Part shown: piece by piece, positions 19,647-29,646 of the stretch
Layout: the number at the start of each line of letters is the position of its first letter
Numbering within the stretch: position 1 is the stretch's first letter
IMG/VR virus record: IMGVR_UViG_3300006736_003672
Span: 1 to 64,000 of that record
Length of the DNA: 64,000 nt
Origin: a virus
Direction: 5' to 3' (one strand)
The notes under the pieces: generated by a model
Databases searched by the model: none
The model's input: the letters and a program-made list of their open reading frames with translations, nothing else
Told to the model about the DNA's origin: nothing
Program-made: the position numbers and the translations under genes

Positions 19647-20590
19647 AAGTTGTTTATATAACAGGTTGTTTAGGGTTTATGGGTTCTTATGTAACACGCG
19701 CATGTTTAAAGAAAGGGTGGCATGTAAGAGGGGTAGATAAGATAACATACGCATCGAATGAAAATTTATTACAAGAGTTTAAAAAATATGAAAATTTTGT
19801 TTTTGAAAAAAAGGATATTAATGATTTAGATTGGTTATATGATTGCGATTATATTATAAATACGGCAGCCGAAACTCATGTTGATAATTCAATTGTTAAG
19901 AGTGGGGAGTTTGTTCATTCCAATATAAACGGAGTGCATAATTTGTTAGAATTAATTAAAACAAAAAAATATTTTAGAATGCCTATTTTTCTTCATTTTA
20001 GTACGGATGAAGTATATGGAGATATAATTGATGGAGATCACAAAGAAACTGACTTGTTAAAACCAAGTAATCCATATTCGGCCACAAAAGCTGCCGCCGA
20101 TCAACTAGTTTTGGCTTGGAGCAGGACTTATGATGTACCATATGTCATTGTTAGGCCGACTAATAATTATGGCGTAGGCCAATACGTAGAAAAGTTAATA
20201 CCAAAAGCTTGTAAATTTTTATCATTGGGAAAGAAAATTCCTTTGCACGACGGAGGAACGCCTGTTAGAATTTGGCTACATGCTAAAGATACTGCCTCTG
20301 CAATAATGAGAATCATAGAGTCAGGAAAAGTTAATGAAATTTATAATATAGCCGGCGGCTATGAACAAAAAAACCTTGACACTGTAAAGAAAATCTTAGA
20401 TTTATATTTTGAAGGGCAAAATATAGATTATAGTGATTATATAGATTTTGATTTTAAAAGAGTGGGTCAAGATTTAAGGTATTCTGTTGATGATTCTAAA
20501 TTGCAAAATTTAGGCTGGAAAACTGATTGTAATTTCGATCTAGAATTGCCAGAGATTGTAAAATACTATAAAAATAATTTTATTTGGTAA
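19643..20590 (+). CDS. rfbB: dTDP-glucose 4,6-dehydratase-like
   Basis: GCLGFMG, AAETHVDNS, STDEVYG, PYSATKAAAD, RPTNNYG and EKLIP. Confidence 0.88.
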   Translation: MKVVYITGCLGFMGSYVTRACLKKGWHVRGVDKITYASNENLLQEFKKYENFVFEKKDINDLDWLYDCDYIINTAAETHVDNSIVKSGEFVHSNINGVHNLLELIKTKKYFRMPIFLHFSTDEVYGDIIDGDHKETDLLKPSNPYSATKAAADQLVLAWSRTYDVPYVIVRPTNNYGVGQYVEKLIPKACKFLSLGKKIPLHDGGTPVRIWLHAKDTASAIMRIIESGKVNEIYNIAGGYEQKNLDTVKKILDLYFEGQNIDYSDYIDFDFKRVGQDLRYSVDDSKLQNLGWKTDCNFDLELPEIVKYYKNNFIW

Positions 20591-20593
20591 AAA

Positions 20594-21529
20594 ATGCAAA
20601 TAGATTTTGAACAAATAATCGATAAACATAAAGGCACCGCCGCCGTCGTGACTGTCCATGGGCCAAGTTTAAACGAGAATAAAGAAAAGATTAAAGATTT
20701 ACAAAAGCAAAAAAAAATTATTAGAATTGACTGTAGTGATTGGCTTAATTTTTTTGAAGAACCTCCGGACTATTGGATAATCGCCAACGGAGAATTGGCC
20801 ATACAAGATTTGATAAATGATACCGGGATATGGAAACTAAGAAATTACTCAATTGACGTTAACAAATACGAAGATGCCACGATATTTTTTGCCGGGTCAG
20901 TAGATTTTTCAGATAGAGATTTTGTATCTGAAAACTTAAAACCTGATTATTTAATTTATGATCAGCGACATTTCAAGCATCACAAATGCCTAGATATTTT
21001 AAAAAATTTCCAGCGGCATTACAAAGAAAAACAAGAATTTAATTTTACTGAATATGGAAACAACTCTTCAATGTGGATGCCGCCAAGATATAAAGGTGGA
21101 GCCGGATTTTCAGGAGCGCTTCCACACGGCCCCACTGGGGGAGGGAAATGTTGTAACTGGATTAATCCAAATGTAGCAACGGTGCAGGAAAAGCTTCAAG
21201 AAGTTTCTGGATATTCAGAACATTATAGTACCGGTGACACTGTTGCAGTTCATATGATAGCGTTTGCCATAATTATGGGCTGCAATCCAGTTTACATTTC
21301 TGGATTAGATTTAGATTATAAATTAGGATTTGCTAATAAAAATGTATATTTGCCACAAGACAATGATGATTGGCAGAAATTAAGTAATAATTTAAAAAAT
21401 GATTTAAAAGTCCTTAATGAGAGTGCAAAAATTCGTGGCATACAAATTGTTAACTTACATAAAGATCCGTGGTATAATGAGTTTGAAAAAGGCGCCTTAA
21501 AAATACATCTAGGAGAGGATAATGAATAA
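20594..21529 (+). CDS. Maf/DUF115-like putative nonulosonate transferase
   Basis: KHKG.AAVV..HGPSL and TVAVHMIAFAIIMGCNPVYISGLDL motifs; immediately upstream of neuB/neuA. Confidence 0.65.
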   Translation: MQIDFEQIIDKHKGTAAVVTVHGPSLNENKEKIKDLQKQKKIIRIDCSDWLNFFEEPPDYWIIANGELAIQDLINDTGIWKLRNYSIDVNKYEDATIFFAGSVDFSDRDFVSENLKPDYLIYDQRHFKHHKCLDILKNFQRHYKEKQEFNFTEYGNNSSMWMPPRYKGGAGFSGALPHGPTGGGKCCNWINPNVATVQEKLQEVSGYSEHYSTGDTVAVHMIAFAIIMGCNPVYISGLDLDYKLGFANKNVYLPQDNDDWQKLSNNLKNDLKVLNESAKIRGIQIVNLHKDPWYNEFEKGALKIHLGEDNE

Positions 21530-22361
21530 GACTTTTATAATTGCTGAAATAGGAATTAATCACAATGGGGATTTAAAAATAGCTAAAAAACTAATTAATG
21601 GAGCAGCCAAAGCCGGCTGCGATGCTGTAAAGTTTCAAAAAAGAACGATTGATTTAGTATATGCTACAGAAGATTTAGATAGACCTCGTGAAAGTCCATG
21701 GGGAACCACGAATAGAGAACAAAAACAAGGCCTGGAATTCAATAAGAGACAATATGATTCTATCGACGCGCATTGTAAAAAGAAGGGAATTGAATGGCTT
21801 GCGTCTGCTTGGGATGTAGAAAGTCAAATATTTTTAAGACAGTATGATTTAAAATACAACAAAGTAGCATCAGCCATGCTTACACATCGCCAATTATTAG
21901 AGATGATAGCAGAAGAGGGAAAGCATACGTTTATATCCACTGGCATGAGCACTGTTGAACAAATTGGGAAAGCGGTGCAAATATTTGAAGATGCAGATTG
22001 CCCTTATGAATTAATGCATTGCAACAGCACGTATCCTATGCAAATTGAAAATGCTAATCTTAGAGCGATGGGAACTTTGAAAAATACATTTCAATGCGAC
22101 GTTGGCTATAGCGGCCACGAGTCTGGAATTATTGTTAGTTGTGCTGCAGCCGCTATTGGCGCCACATCAATTGAAAGACACATTACATTAGATCGGGCGA
22201 TGTACGGATCGGATCAGGCTGCATCGTTGGAATTAACAGGACTAAATAGGCTTGTTGAATACGTTAGAGACATTGAAACATCGTTGGGGAGTCCTGAAAA
22301 GCATGTGTATGAAAGTGAGAAATCGATTGCTAAAAAGCTGAGAACAGTTGACACGTTATAG
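21522..22361 (+). CDS. neuB: NeuB-family nonulosonate synthase (short form lacking the C-terminal SAF domain)
   Basis: FIIAEIGINHNG, DAVKFQKR, ISTGMS, MHCNSTYP, GYSGHE and IERHITLDR. Confidence 0.92.
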   Translation: MNKTFIIAEIGINHNGDLKIAKKLINGAAKAGCDAVKFQKRTIDLVYATEDLDRPRESPWGTTNREQKQGLEFNKRQYDSIDAHCKKKGIEWLASAWDVESQIFLRQYDLKYNKVASAMLTHRQLLEMIAEEGKHTFISTGMSTVEQIGKAVQIFEDADCPYELMHCNSTYPMQIENANLRAMGTLKNTFQCDVGYSGHESGIIVSCAAAAIGATSIERHITLDRAMYGSDQAASLELTGLNRLVEYVRDIETSLGSPEKHVYESEKSIAKKLRTVDTL

Positions 22362-23085
22362 AATAGCAGCGCTTATACCAGCTCGCGGAGGAAGCAAAGG
22401 AATACCACGTAAAAATATAAAACAATTACATGGATTTCCCTTAATCGCTTATTCTATAGCAGTGTGCAAATTATCAAAATATATTGATGATATTTTTGTG
22501 TCTACTGAAGATTTGGAAATTGCACAAGTTGCTGAGAAATATGGAGCAACAATTCCTTTCATTAGACCATCTGAATATGCAACTGATAATTCAACAGATC
22601 ACGATGTTTTAAAACACTTTTTTAAAAACATAGATGTTGAAGATTTAATTTTTATTAGACCGACAACTCCTCTCAGGTGTCCAAATAGTTTGGATGAAAT
22701 TGTTGAAAAATATTATGAAAACAAAAAAGAGACAACCTCCATTCGTTCTGTGCATGAAATACCTGAATCGCCACATAAACTTTTTAAAATAGAAAATGGA
22801 TACTGTAAAGGGTTTTTTAAAGATTTTAAAGGAGATGAGAATTATACTAATTTGCCTAGACAAGTCTTTCCAAAAGCTTATCAGCCTAATGGATATGCGG
22901 ATATTTTAAAAAGAAGCATTGTTGAATCTGGGACTTCTTTTGGGGATAAAATAGTTCCGTATATAACTGATTTTGTAACGGAGATAGATGTTTCATATCA
23001 GTTTGAGATGTTAGAGAGAGAAATAAAATTTAACGGGCATAAATTATTAGATTTTTTAAATGAAAACTATACAAACAAAACATAG
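22348..23085 (+). CDS. neuA: CMP-nonulosonate synthetase (cytidylyltransferase)
   Basis: LIPARGGSKGIPRKNI, RPTTPLR and PRQVFP. Confidence 0.92.
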   Translation: MTRYRIAALIPARGGSKGIPRKNIKQLHGFPLIAYSIAVCKLSKYIDDIFVSTEDLEIAQVAEKYGATIPFIRPSEYATDNSTDHDVLKHFFKNIDVEDLIFIRPTTPLRCPNSLDEIVEKYYENKKETTSIRSVHEIPESPHKLFKIENGYCKGFFKDFKGDENYTNLPRQVFPKAYQPNGYADILKRSIVESGTSFGDKIVPYITDFVTEIDVSYQFEMLEREIKFNGHKLLDFLNENYTNKT

Positions 23086-24334
23086 AACAATCAAGTCTGA
23101 TTTCGTATTAAATGAAACTTCTTTAACACGCAAAAAACAAAAATATGAATCAATTGCTCTAAGTGATCAATTGCCTATAACTTGGAGCAGGGCAAAAAAC
23201 TTTAACATTTTTGATGACAGAGGAAACAAGTGGATTGACATGACGGCAGGAATCTTTGTGTGCAATGCGGGCCATTCAAATCCTAAAATAGTTAAAGCGA
23301 TAAAAAAACAATCTGATGAATTAATTTTTTCTTTCCTTTATAACACTGAAATTCGATATAAGTTTATTGAGAAGTTGCTTGAAATATCTCCTAATCATTT
23401 TGAAAAAGCTGTGTTATTGAGTACCGGATCTGAAGTTACTGATATTGCAAATAAGCTTATTAAATTCTGGGCCAAGAAAAATAATAAAAAATATATAATA
23501 TCATTTAGAGGAAGTTACCATGGTAGAGCTTTGGGATCTGATTTTTTGTGTGGAGACGAGAACAGTACAGACTGGTCTAACATAAAAGATGATGATATTC
23601 ATTTTGTTGATTTCCCTCACGCCGAAGACAAATTTGATTCATCTCATCTTCCAGATCCTGAAAAAATAGCAGCCTTTTTTCTAGAAACTTATCAAGGATG
23701 GGGAGCTTGGATGTATCCTGACGAATATATTAGGGACTTATATAGCTTTGCTAAAAAGCATGGAATTCTAGTATGTTTTGACGAGATACAGTCTGGTTTT
23801 TACAGAATGGGAAAATTGTATGGATATATGACATACGGCGATTATATAAAGCCTGATTTAGTATGTTTGGGAAAAGGAATATCATCGTCGCTTCCTATGG
23901 CGGCATTGTTAGGGACCAAAGAATTGATTGATGTGGACAAAAGCGCCATCGTCGGCGGAACTCATTCTGGTAATGCCGTATGTTGTGCCGCTTCGTTGGC
24001 AAATATAAGTTTTTTAACAGATGAAAAGTTTCAAAAGTCTTTACACAGGAAAAATAAAATATTTTATAAGCTGTCAAGAAGTTTGTTGCAATATAATTCT
24101 GTAACACACGTTAATGCGCGAGGGATGGTCACAGGAATAATTTTTGAGAACAAGGAAATAGCAACCAATGTTGTTAAAAAATGTATTTCTAAGGGTGTCC
24201 TTCCGGTGTGTACTTTCAAAAATGCAATAAAGCTTGGCCCTCCTTTGACAATAACAATTGGAGCGATCAAAGAGGCGATGAAGGTCATAGAAGAGTCAAT
24301 TGAGGAGGCTGAAAATGAGTCAATCTGCGCTTAA
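23060..24334 (+). CDS. Class III PLP aminotransferase
   Basis: WIDMTAG, GSYHG, FDEIQSGFYR, PDLVCLGKG and GGTHSGN. Confidence 0.9.
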   Translation: MKTIQTKHRTIKSDFVLNETSLTRKKQKYESIALSDQLPITWSRAKNFNIFDDRGNKWIDMTAGIFVCNAGHSNPKIVKAIKKQSDELIFSFLYNTEIRYKFIEKLLEISPNHFEKAVLLSTGSEVTDIANKLIKFWAKKNNKKYIISFRGSYHGRALGSDFLCGDENSTDWSNIKDDDIHFVDFPHAEDKFDSSHLPDPEKIAAFFLETYQGWGAWMYPDEYIRDLYSFAKKHGILVCFDEIQSGFYRMGKLYGYMTYGDYIKPDLVCLGKGISSSLPMAALLGTKELIDVDKSAIVGGTHSGNAVCCAASLANISFLTDEKFQKSLHRKNKIFYKLSRSLLQYNSVTHVNARGMVTGIIFENKEIATNVVKKCISKGVLPVCTFKNAIKLGPPLTITIGAIKEAMKVIEESIEEAENESICA

Positions 24335-25028
24335 CAAGAAAGAATATTTGAAAATAACTTATTCCGAAGAACGCGCCCCTCGAAGTTCATATCCAGTTCA
24401 GTTGGGAGAGTATATATTTTCTAATTTTTATAAAAGAACTGGGAAAGTTTTAGATATTGGTTGTGGTCGCGGAGATTCTTTAAGAGCACTTTCGTCTCTA
24501 GGATTTGAAGCATGTGGGGTAGACATATCTCCAGAAGCGCCAAGTTATAGCAAAGGATTTAATATAAAAGTTTTAAATCTTGAAAAGGAAGAATTGTCCT
24601 ACGAAAATGAATTTGATTTTGTTTTTAGCAAATCTGTCGTTGAACATATGCACGATCCTATGGCTCTTATACAGGCAGCTCACAAAAGTCTAAAAGAAGG
24701 CGGTGTATCTGTAATTATGACACCAAGTTGGGAGCATAATTATAAGGCTGCTTTTTATATTGACCATACGCATGTCACTCCGTTTACTAGAGCATCACTA
24801 AAAGATATTATGGAGATGTCAGGGTTTAAAGATGTTGAAGTTTATTATTTTTATCAGCTTCCATATTTATGGAAATATCCACATTTGAAGATGTTTTCCA
24901 AATTAGTATCATTATTACCTATTCCGTATGCCCCTTTGAATCAGGTTCCATGGAAGGTGTCCAATAAATTAAATAAATTTGTTAGATTTTCAAAAGAAGT
25001 TATGCTGTTGGCGGTGGCAAAAAAATGA
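24315..25028 (+). CDS. Class I SAM-dependent methyltransferase
   Basis: VLDIGCGRG, FDFVFSKSVVEH and DHTH; GAGGAGG RBS. Confidence 0.88.
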   Translation: MSQSALNKKEYLKITYSEERAPRSSYPVQLGEYIFSNFYKRTGKVLDIGCGRGDSLRALSSLGFEACGVDISPEAPSYSKGFNIKVLNLEKEELSYENEFDFVFSKSVVEHMHDPMALIQAAHKSLKEGGVSVIMTPSWEHNYKAAFYIDHTHVTPFTRASLKDIMEMSGFKDVEVYYFYQLPYLWKYPHLKMFSKLVSLLPIPYAPLNQVPWKVSNKLNKFVRFSKEVMLLAVAKK

Positions 25029-25453
25029 TTAACATAAGGCATGTTGGAATTGTAGTTAGCGATATTGACAAATCTTTGTATTTTTACAAAGATTTGTTAG
25101 GGTTTGAAATTAAAAAAAACAATACTGAATCTGGAGAGTATATTGATACTTTTTTGGGACTGAACGATGTCATTGTGCAAACGGTTAAAATATCACTGAG
25201 TACCGGAGATATGATTGAACTGCTTCATTATAAAACAAACAAAGAAGAGGCGAAAGCAATAAAAATAAATCAAATAGGATGTACTCATATAGCGGTAACT
25301 GTGGATAATCTAGATGAAACTTATAAACGTTTAAAGGAGGAAGGAGTATCATTTATTAATCCTCCTTTTGTTTCTTCGAGTGGGTTCGCCAAAGTTGCGT
25401 TTTGTAAAGATCCGGATGGATTCTTTATTGAGATGGTAGAAGAGTTAAAATGA
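25025..25453 (+). CDS. VOC (glyoxalase/epimerase) family protein
   Basis: RHVGIVVSD, IELL, THIAVTV and DPDGFFIEMVE. Confidence 0.88.
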   Translation: MINIRHVGIVVSDIDKSLYFYKDLLGFEIKKNNTESGEYIDTFLGLNDVIVQTVKISLSTGDMIELLHYKTNKEEAKAIKINQIGCTHIAVTVDNLDETYKRLKEEGVSFINPPFVSSSGFAKVAFCKDPDGFFIEMVEELK

Positions 25454-26214
25454 ATATTGGAATAATACAGGGAAGATTGTCTCCACCAAATGAAGGATTT
25501 CAAGAATGTCCGGACGACTGGGAGAGGGAATTTAGACTGTTAGAAAAGCTAGGGTTGTCTCACGTTGATTGGGTTGTGACTAAAGATTCATTTAAAAATA
25601 ATCCAATTTTTTTTGAAGACTTGAGTGATTATTCGATAAGTTCTATTTGTGCAGATAATTTGGTTGACCAATGTATTTTTGGAGAGCTTGCTAGCAATTT
25701 GGTGCCCATATGTGGCGCAGCCATTAGAAACAACATTAAAAACATAACAATTCCTCTTCTAGAAGACAGCAGTGTACAAGATGAGAAAGACAGAGAAATT
25801 TTTATTAAATTAATGTTGCCAATAGCTGATCTATATAAAAATTTGAATTTTTCTTTTGAAGCTGAACTGGAGGCAGAAAAGCTTTTAGAAATTGTTAGTT
25901 TGCGTGATAATTTTTTTGTCACCTATGACACAGGAAATATAACTTCTTGCGGCTTTGATCATCAAAAATATATTAATTTGGTAAAATATAAAATTGATAA
26001 CGTACATTTGAAAGATAGAACTTTTGATGCGAAAACGGTTGAACCATTAACAGGAGACACAAATTTTGAATTAATATTTAAAATTTTACAAGGGATAGGC
26101 TATAATGGTGTGTACACATTACAAACTATGCGTGGCGAATCTGGAAATGAAGTAAGTGTTATTTCTAGACATAAAAAACTATTCGAGGAGATTATGAATG
26201 AACAATCCATTTGA
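25450..26214 (+). CDS. Sugar-phosphate isomerase/epimerase (xylose-isomerase-like TIM barrel)
   Basis: IGIIQGRLS, YDTGN, VHLKDR and GDTNF. Confidence 0.85.
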   Translation: MNIGIIQGRLSPPNEGFQECPDDWEREFRLLEKLGLSHVDWVVTKDSFKNNPIFFEDLSDYSISSICADNLVDQCIFGELASNLVPICGAAIRNNIKNITIPLLEDSSVQDEKDREIFIKLMLPIADLYKNLNFSFEAELEAEKLLEIVSLRDNFFVTYDTGNITSCGFDHQKYINLVKYKIDNVHLKDRTFDAKTVEPLTGDTNFELIFKILQGIGYNGVYTLQTMRGESGNEVSVISRHKKLFEEIMNEQSI

Positions 26215-27013
26215 TTTAACAGGAAAGACAGTTATGATAACTGGGGCAGGAGGCTTGCTTGGACCTAAGCATGCTGAAGCTGTTATTGAATTCGGCGCCC
26301 GGGCAATCATAACAGATCGTCACGAAGACCGCGCCCACGAAAAGGCAAAAGAACTGAATGATAAATATGGGAACGAATGTGCAATTCCTTTTTATATGGA
26401 CGTAACAAAGAAAGAATCAATTCAAAATGTTGTTAACAAATTGGATAGAATTGACGTTTTAATTAATAATGCAGCCAAAGATCCAAAGGTGAAAAAAGAA
26501 GCTGGTCTAACTCCAGATAGTAGATTCGAAACCATGACAGAGGATTACTGGTTTGAAGGAATTGATGCCGCCTTGAATGGTACTTTTTTCTGCTCACAGG
26601 CTGTTGGAAATAAAATGTTAGAACAAGGGAGCGGAGTTATACTAAACATCTCTTCAGATTTAGGAGTTATAGCACCAGATCAAAGACTTTATAGAAAAGA
26701 CGGTGTCCCGGAAAGTTTACAGAATGTAAAACCGATAACCTATTCAGCAGCAAAATGGGCTATAATTGGAATGACAAAGTATCTTGCTGTTTATTTTGCA
26801 AAAAAGAATATTAGAGTTAACTGTTTAAGTCCAACAGGAGTTTATAATAATCATCCGGAAGATTTTGTAAGTAAACTGTCAAATATTATTCCAATGGGAA
26901 GAATGGCTGATATTGATGAATATAAAGGGGCAATTGTTTTTCTCTGTTCCGATGCTAGTACATACATGACTGGTGAAAATCTTGTTATTGATGGTGGAAA
27001 AAGCGTATGGTAA
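26198..27013 (+). CDS. Classical SDR oxidoreductase (PtmA-like)
   Basis: ITGAGGLLG, LINNAA, YSAAK and GENLVIDGG. Confidence 0.9.
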   Translation: MNNPFDLTGKTVMITGAGGLLGPKHAEAVIEFGARAIITDRHEDRAHEKAKELNDKYGNECAIPFYMDVTKKESIQNVVNKLDRIDVLINNAAKDPKVKKEAGLTPDSRFETMTEDYWFEGIDAALNGTFFCSQAVGNKMLEQGSGVILNISSDLGVIAPDQRLYRKDGVPESLQNVKPITYSAAKWAIIGMTKYLAVYFAKKNIRVNCLSPTGVYNNHPEDFVSKLSNIIPMGRMADIDEYKGAIVFLCSDASTYMTGENLVIDGGKSVW

Positions 27014-27366
27014 ATGAGTTGCCTATAAAGCATGTTGACAAAGGTTGGGGATATGAAAAGTGGATTGTAAATAAGTCTGAATACTGTGGAAAACTTTTAT
27101 TTTTTAACAAGGGAAAAAGATGTTCGTGGCATTTCCACAAATTGAAAGATGAGGTTTTTTATTTACAATCTGGAAAGCTCCTTGTGAAATACTCCGATCA
27201 AAATAACGTTGAAGAGGCGGAAGAGGTGGTTCTTAATGCTGGTGAAAATTTTCATGTATACAGAGGGTTGAGACATCAAATGATCGCACTGGAAAATTCA
27301 GAGTTATTTGAATTCTCTACAGAACATTTTGATAGTGACAGCTATAGGATTCAAAAGGGAGATTAA
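27007..27366 (+). CDS. Cupin (sugar isomerase-like)
   Basis: KGWGYEKW, SWHFHKLKDEVF and LRHQM. Confidence 0.85.
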   Translation: MVNELPIKHVDKGWGYEKWIVNKSEYCGKLLFFNKGKRCSWHFHKLKDEVFYLQSGKLLVKYSDQNNVEEAEEVVLNAGENFHVYRGLRHQMIALENSELFEFSTEHFDSDSYRIQKGD

Positions 27367-27368
27367 AT

Positions 27369-27710
27369 TTGACTATAGAGTCTGATACAATGGTTATATA
27401 TGTCGACGTAGACGAGACAATATGTGATATGCCAGAAGAGTCTTCTGCGACTCGAGATTATAATAAGGCTGTTCCGATGATGGAAAGAATTAACAAAATA
27501 AATAATTTATATGATGAAGGGCATACAATAGTTTATTGGACTGCTCGCGGAAGTTTAACAGGAATAGATTGGCGAAAACTAACAGAAAAACAATTAAAAG
27601 AATGGGGCGCCAAATATCATGATCTTAAATTAGACAAGCCTTATTACGATCTTTTTATCGATGACAAAAATATAAATTCTAATAACTATTTTAATGGATT
27701 TATAGCATGA
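27369..27710 (+). CDS. Small HAD-family phosphatase
   Basis: YVDVDETI, WTARG and KPYYDLFIDDK. Confidence 0.85.
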   Translation: MTIESDTMVIYVDVDETICDMPEESSATRDYNKAVPMMERINKINNLYDEGHTIVYWTARGSLTGIDWRKLTEKQLKEWGAKYHDLKLDKPYYDLFIDDKNINSNNYFNGFIA

Positions 27711-28786
27711 CGATAGTCCGCAACAATGGTCAATCAGATGGTCACAACCGCGATGCAAATGGCCGCATTCTTACTCATTCCAAGAACGAACCAATATACC
27801 TATTAGCCTACCCACGTTCAGGGAGTAATTGGTTTCGTTATTGTTTTGAGTTTATCACAAAAAGAACCGCCCACTCGAGACGAGCTGAATGGCCAACGGG
27901 CGCCTCGAATCCGATGCTCTTGTTCCATACACACGATCCAAACGATCATGGGTTATACGCAGCTGCTAATTTAATAGAGCCAGATCTCGGAGGTGCTGCA
28001 GAATTGTCGGCTGATTATGATCCCGCTAGGCCTATAAAAAATATTTTGTTGGTGAGGAACTACAATGAAGCAATCGCAAGTCAATTGTATAATTATAGGG
28101 CCGAGCTAGCTTCCACAATAGCAGTAGGAAAGCAGTCCTTTGGGTTAACTCCCGACAAACCTGTTCCCTTTGAAAACCAAGCCCCTCTAAATCCCAGTGA
28201 AATCGCAGGCCACGACCATGGCCCGATGCACAAAGAACCATCGGAGTTAATAAGCTACATTAGGCTAATAGAAACTCACGACAAGTTTTCAAAGCGAGAT
28301 CAAAAAACTAGTCTTTTAGTTTATTATGAAGACTTTATTACAGATCCGCGTCCTGTGTTGACAAAAGTTATAGATTATTTAGAGAAAAACTTCCCCGAAG
28401 GCAGTTCCATCCGAATGCACGATTCCGCATGTTCATCTACATATGAGATCTTTGGCAAACATACATGCGCAACTTCTGACTCCTTGGCACTTCTGGGCTT
28501 TCCGACGTATTCCGCTGAATGTTACGATAAAATTATTATTCCTTCCCCAAAAGATATGAAAAACAACTTAGATAAATTGTTGGAAAACCTTGATCATCAT
28601 AAAAACACTTGCCTAAGGGCTTACAAAGCAGAATCTGGATTGGGGTTGTCTACAACAGAAAAATCTTCAAATCTATCTTTCTATTCGTCATTGGTGAGTA
28701 AAGAGTTTTTATTAGAAATGGATAAGTGCATTAAAGAATACTCAGAACTTTTTAACAAGTATTTGTCACACTATGAGGGGGCTTAA
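27707..28786 (+). CDS. Sulfotransferase-fold protein (paralogue 1)
   Basis: 5'-PSB-like YPRSGSNW, LLVRNY and VYYEDF. Confidence 0.7.
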   Translation: MTIVRNNGQSDGHNRDANGRILTHSKNEPIYLLAYPRSGSNWFRYCFEFITKRTAHSRRAEWPTGASNPMLLFHTHDPNDHGLYAAANLIEPDLGGAAELSADYDPARPIKNILLVRNYNEAIASQLYNYRAELASTIAVGKQSFGLTPDKPVPFENQAPLNPSEIAGHDHGPMHKEPSELISYIRLIETHDKFSKRDQKTSLLVYYEDFITDPRPVLTKVIDYLEKNFPEGSSIRMHDSACSSTYEIFGKHTCATSDSLALLGFPTYSAECYDKIIIPSPKDMKNNLDKLLENLDHHKNTCLRAYKAESGLGLSTTEKSSNLSFYSSLVSKEFLLEMDKCIKEYSELFNKYLSHYEGA

Positions 28787-29646
28787 TGAACCATCCATCA
28801 AAAGATGTAATATATTTATTGGCTTATCCACGCTCCGGAGCAAATTGGTTTCGCTACTGTTTTGAGTTTGTTACAAAGAAAGCAACCGGCCAAATGCCGA
28901 AATTCACCAGAAAGAAGGAAACAACAACTTCCACAAAATCTCCGTATTTGCTGTGGGAAACTTTAGCAACTGGTCCTCAATTTTTGTACCATACACATCG
29001 CCCTTTCGATGCCTCATGGGAACAAGCGCTCGATTCCGGAACACCGATAAAAAATATTTTATTGCTAAGAAACTATAAGGAGGCGGTCATAAGTAATCTT
29101 GTAAATTTAGGACCAGACAATCCTGCATCAGAACTTGCATTTGCTTTTGAGCATGGTGCTGTGATGAATGAACTCAGCGCGCACTATTTTGTTACAAGCC
29201 TGTATGACAAATTTTTAGAACATGATCACGAAGGCGGTCTTTTAATTTATTATGAAGATTTTATTGAAGATCCAGCTTCTACATTAATGAAAGTTATAGA
29301 TTATTTGGAGAAGAATTTTGACAAAACTATTATTCTTTCCTCAGATGAAATGAAAATTAATTTAAACACATTACTAGAAAACTTTGATCATCATAGAAAC
29401 ATATCTTTAAACAGTTACAGGGCAGACAAAACACAAATTAACTTGGCACTAACTTCGTATGACCTAAATAAAAAGAAAGAAAAATCTTCAGATTTGCTTT
29501 ATTATTCTTCGCGCCTTCATAAATACAATTTATTAGATATGGACAAAACTATAAAAGAACTTGATATCGTCCTGTTTTACAAGTATTTATCACGTTATGA
29601 CTCTAAAGATGGTCTTGCGGATGTTTTAGGAGATCTGCATGAATAA
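28786..29646 (+). CDS. Sulfotransferase-fold protein (paralogue 2)
   Basis: YPRSGANW, LLLRNY and IYYEDF; shares several blocks with the upstream gene. Confidence 0.7.
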   Translation: MNHPSKDVIYLLAYPRSGANWFRYCFEFVTKKATGQMPKFTRKKETTTSTKSPYLLWETLATGPQFLYHTHRPFDASWEQALDSGTPIKNILLLRNYKEAVISNLVNLGPDNPASELAFAFEHGAVMNELSAHYFVTSLYDKFLEHDHEGGLLIYYEDFIEDPASTLMKVIDYLEKNFDKTIILSSDEMKINLNTLLENFDHHRNISLNSYRADKTQINLALTSYDLNKKKEKSSDLLYYSSRLHKYNLLDMDKTIKELDIVLFYKYLSRYDSKDGLADVLGDLHE

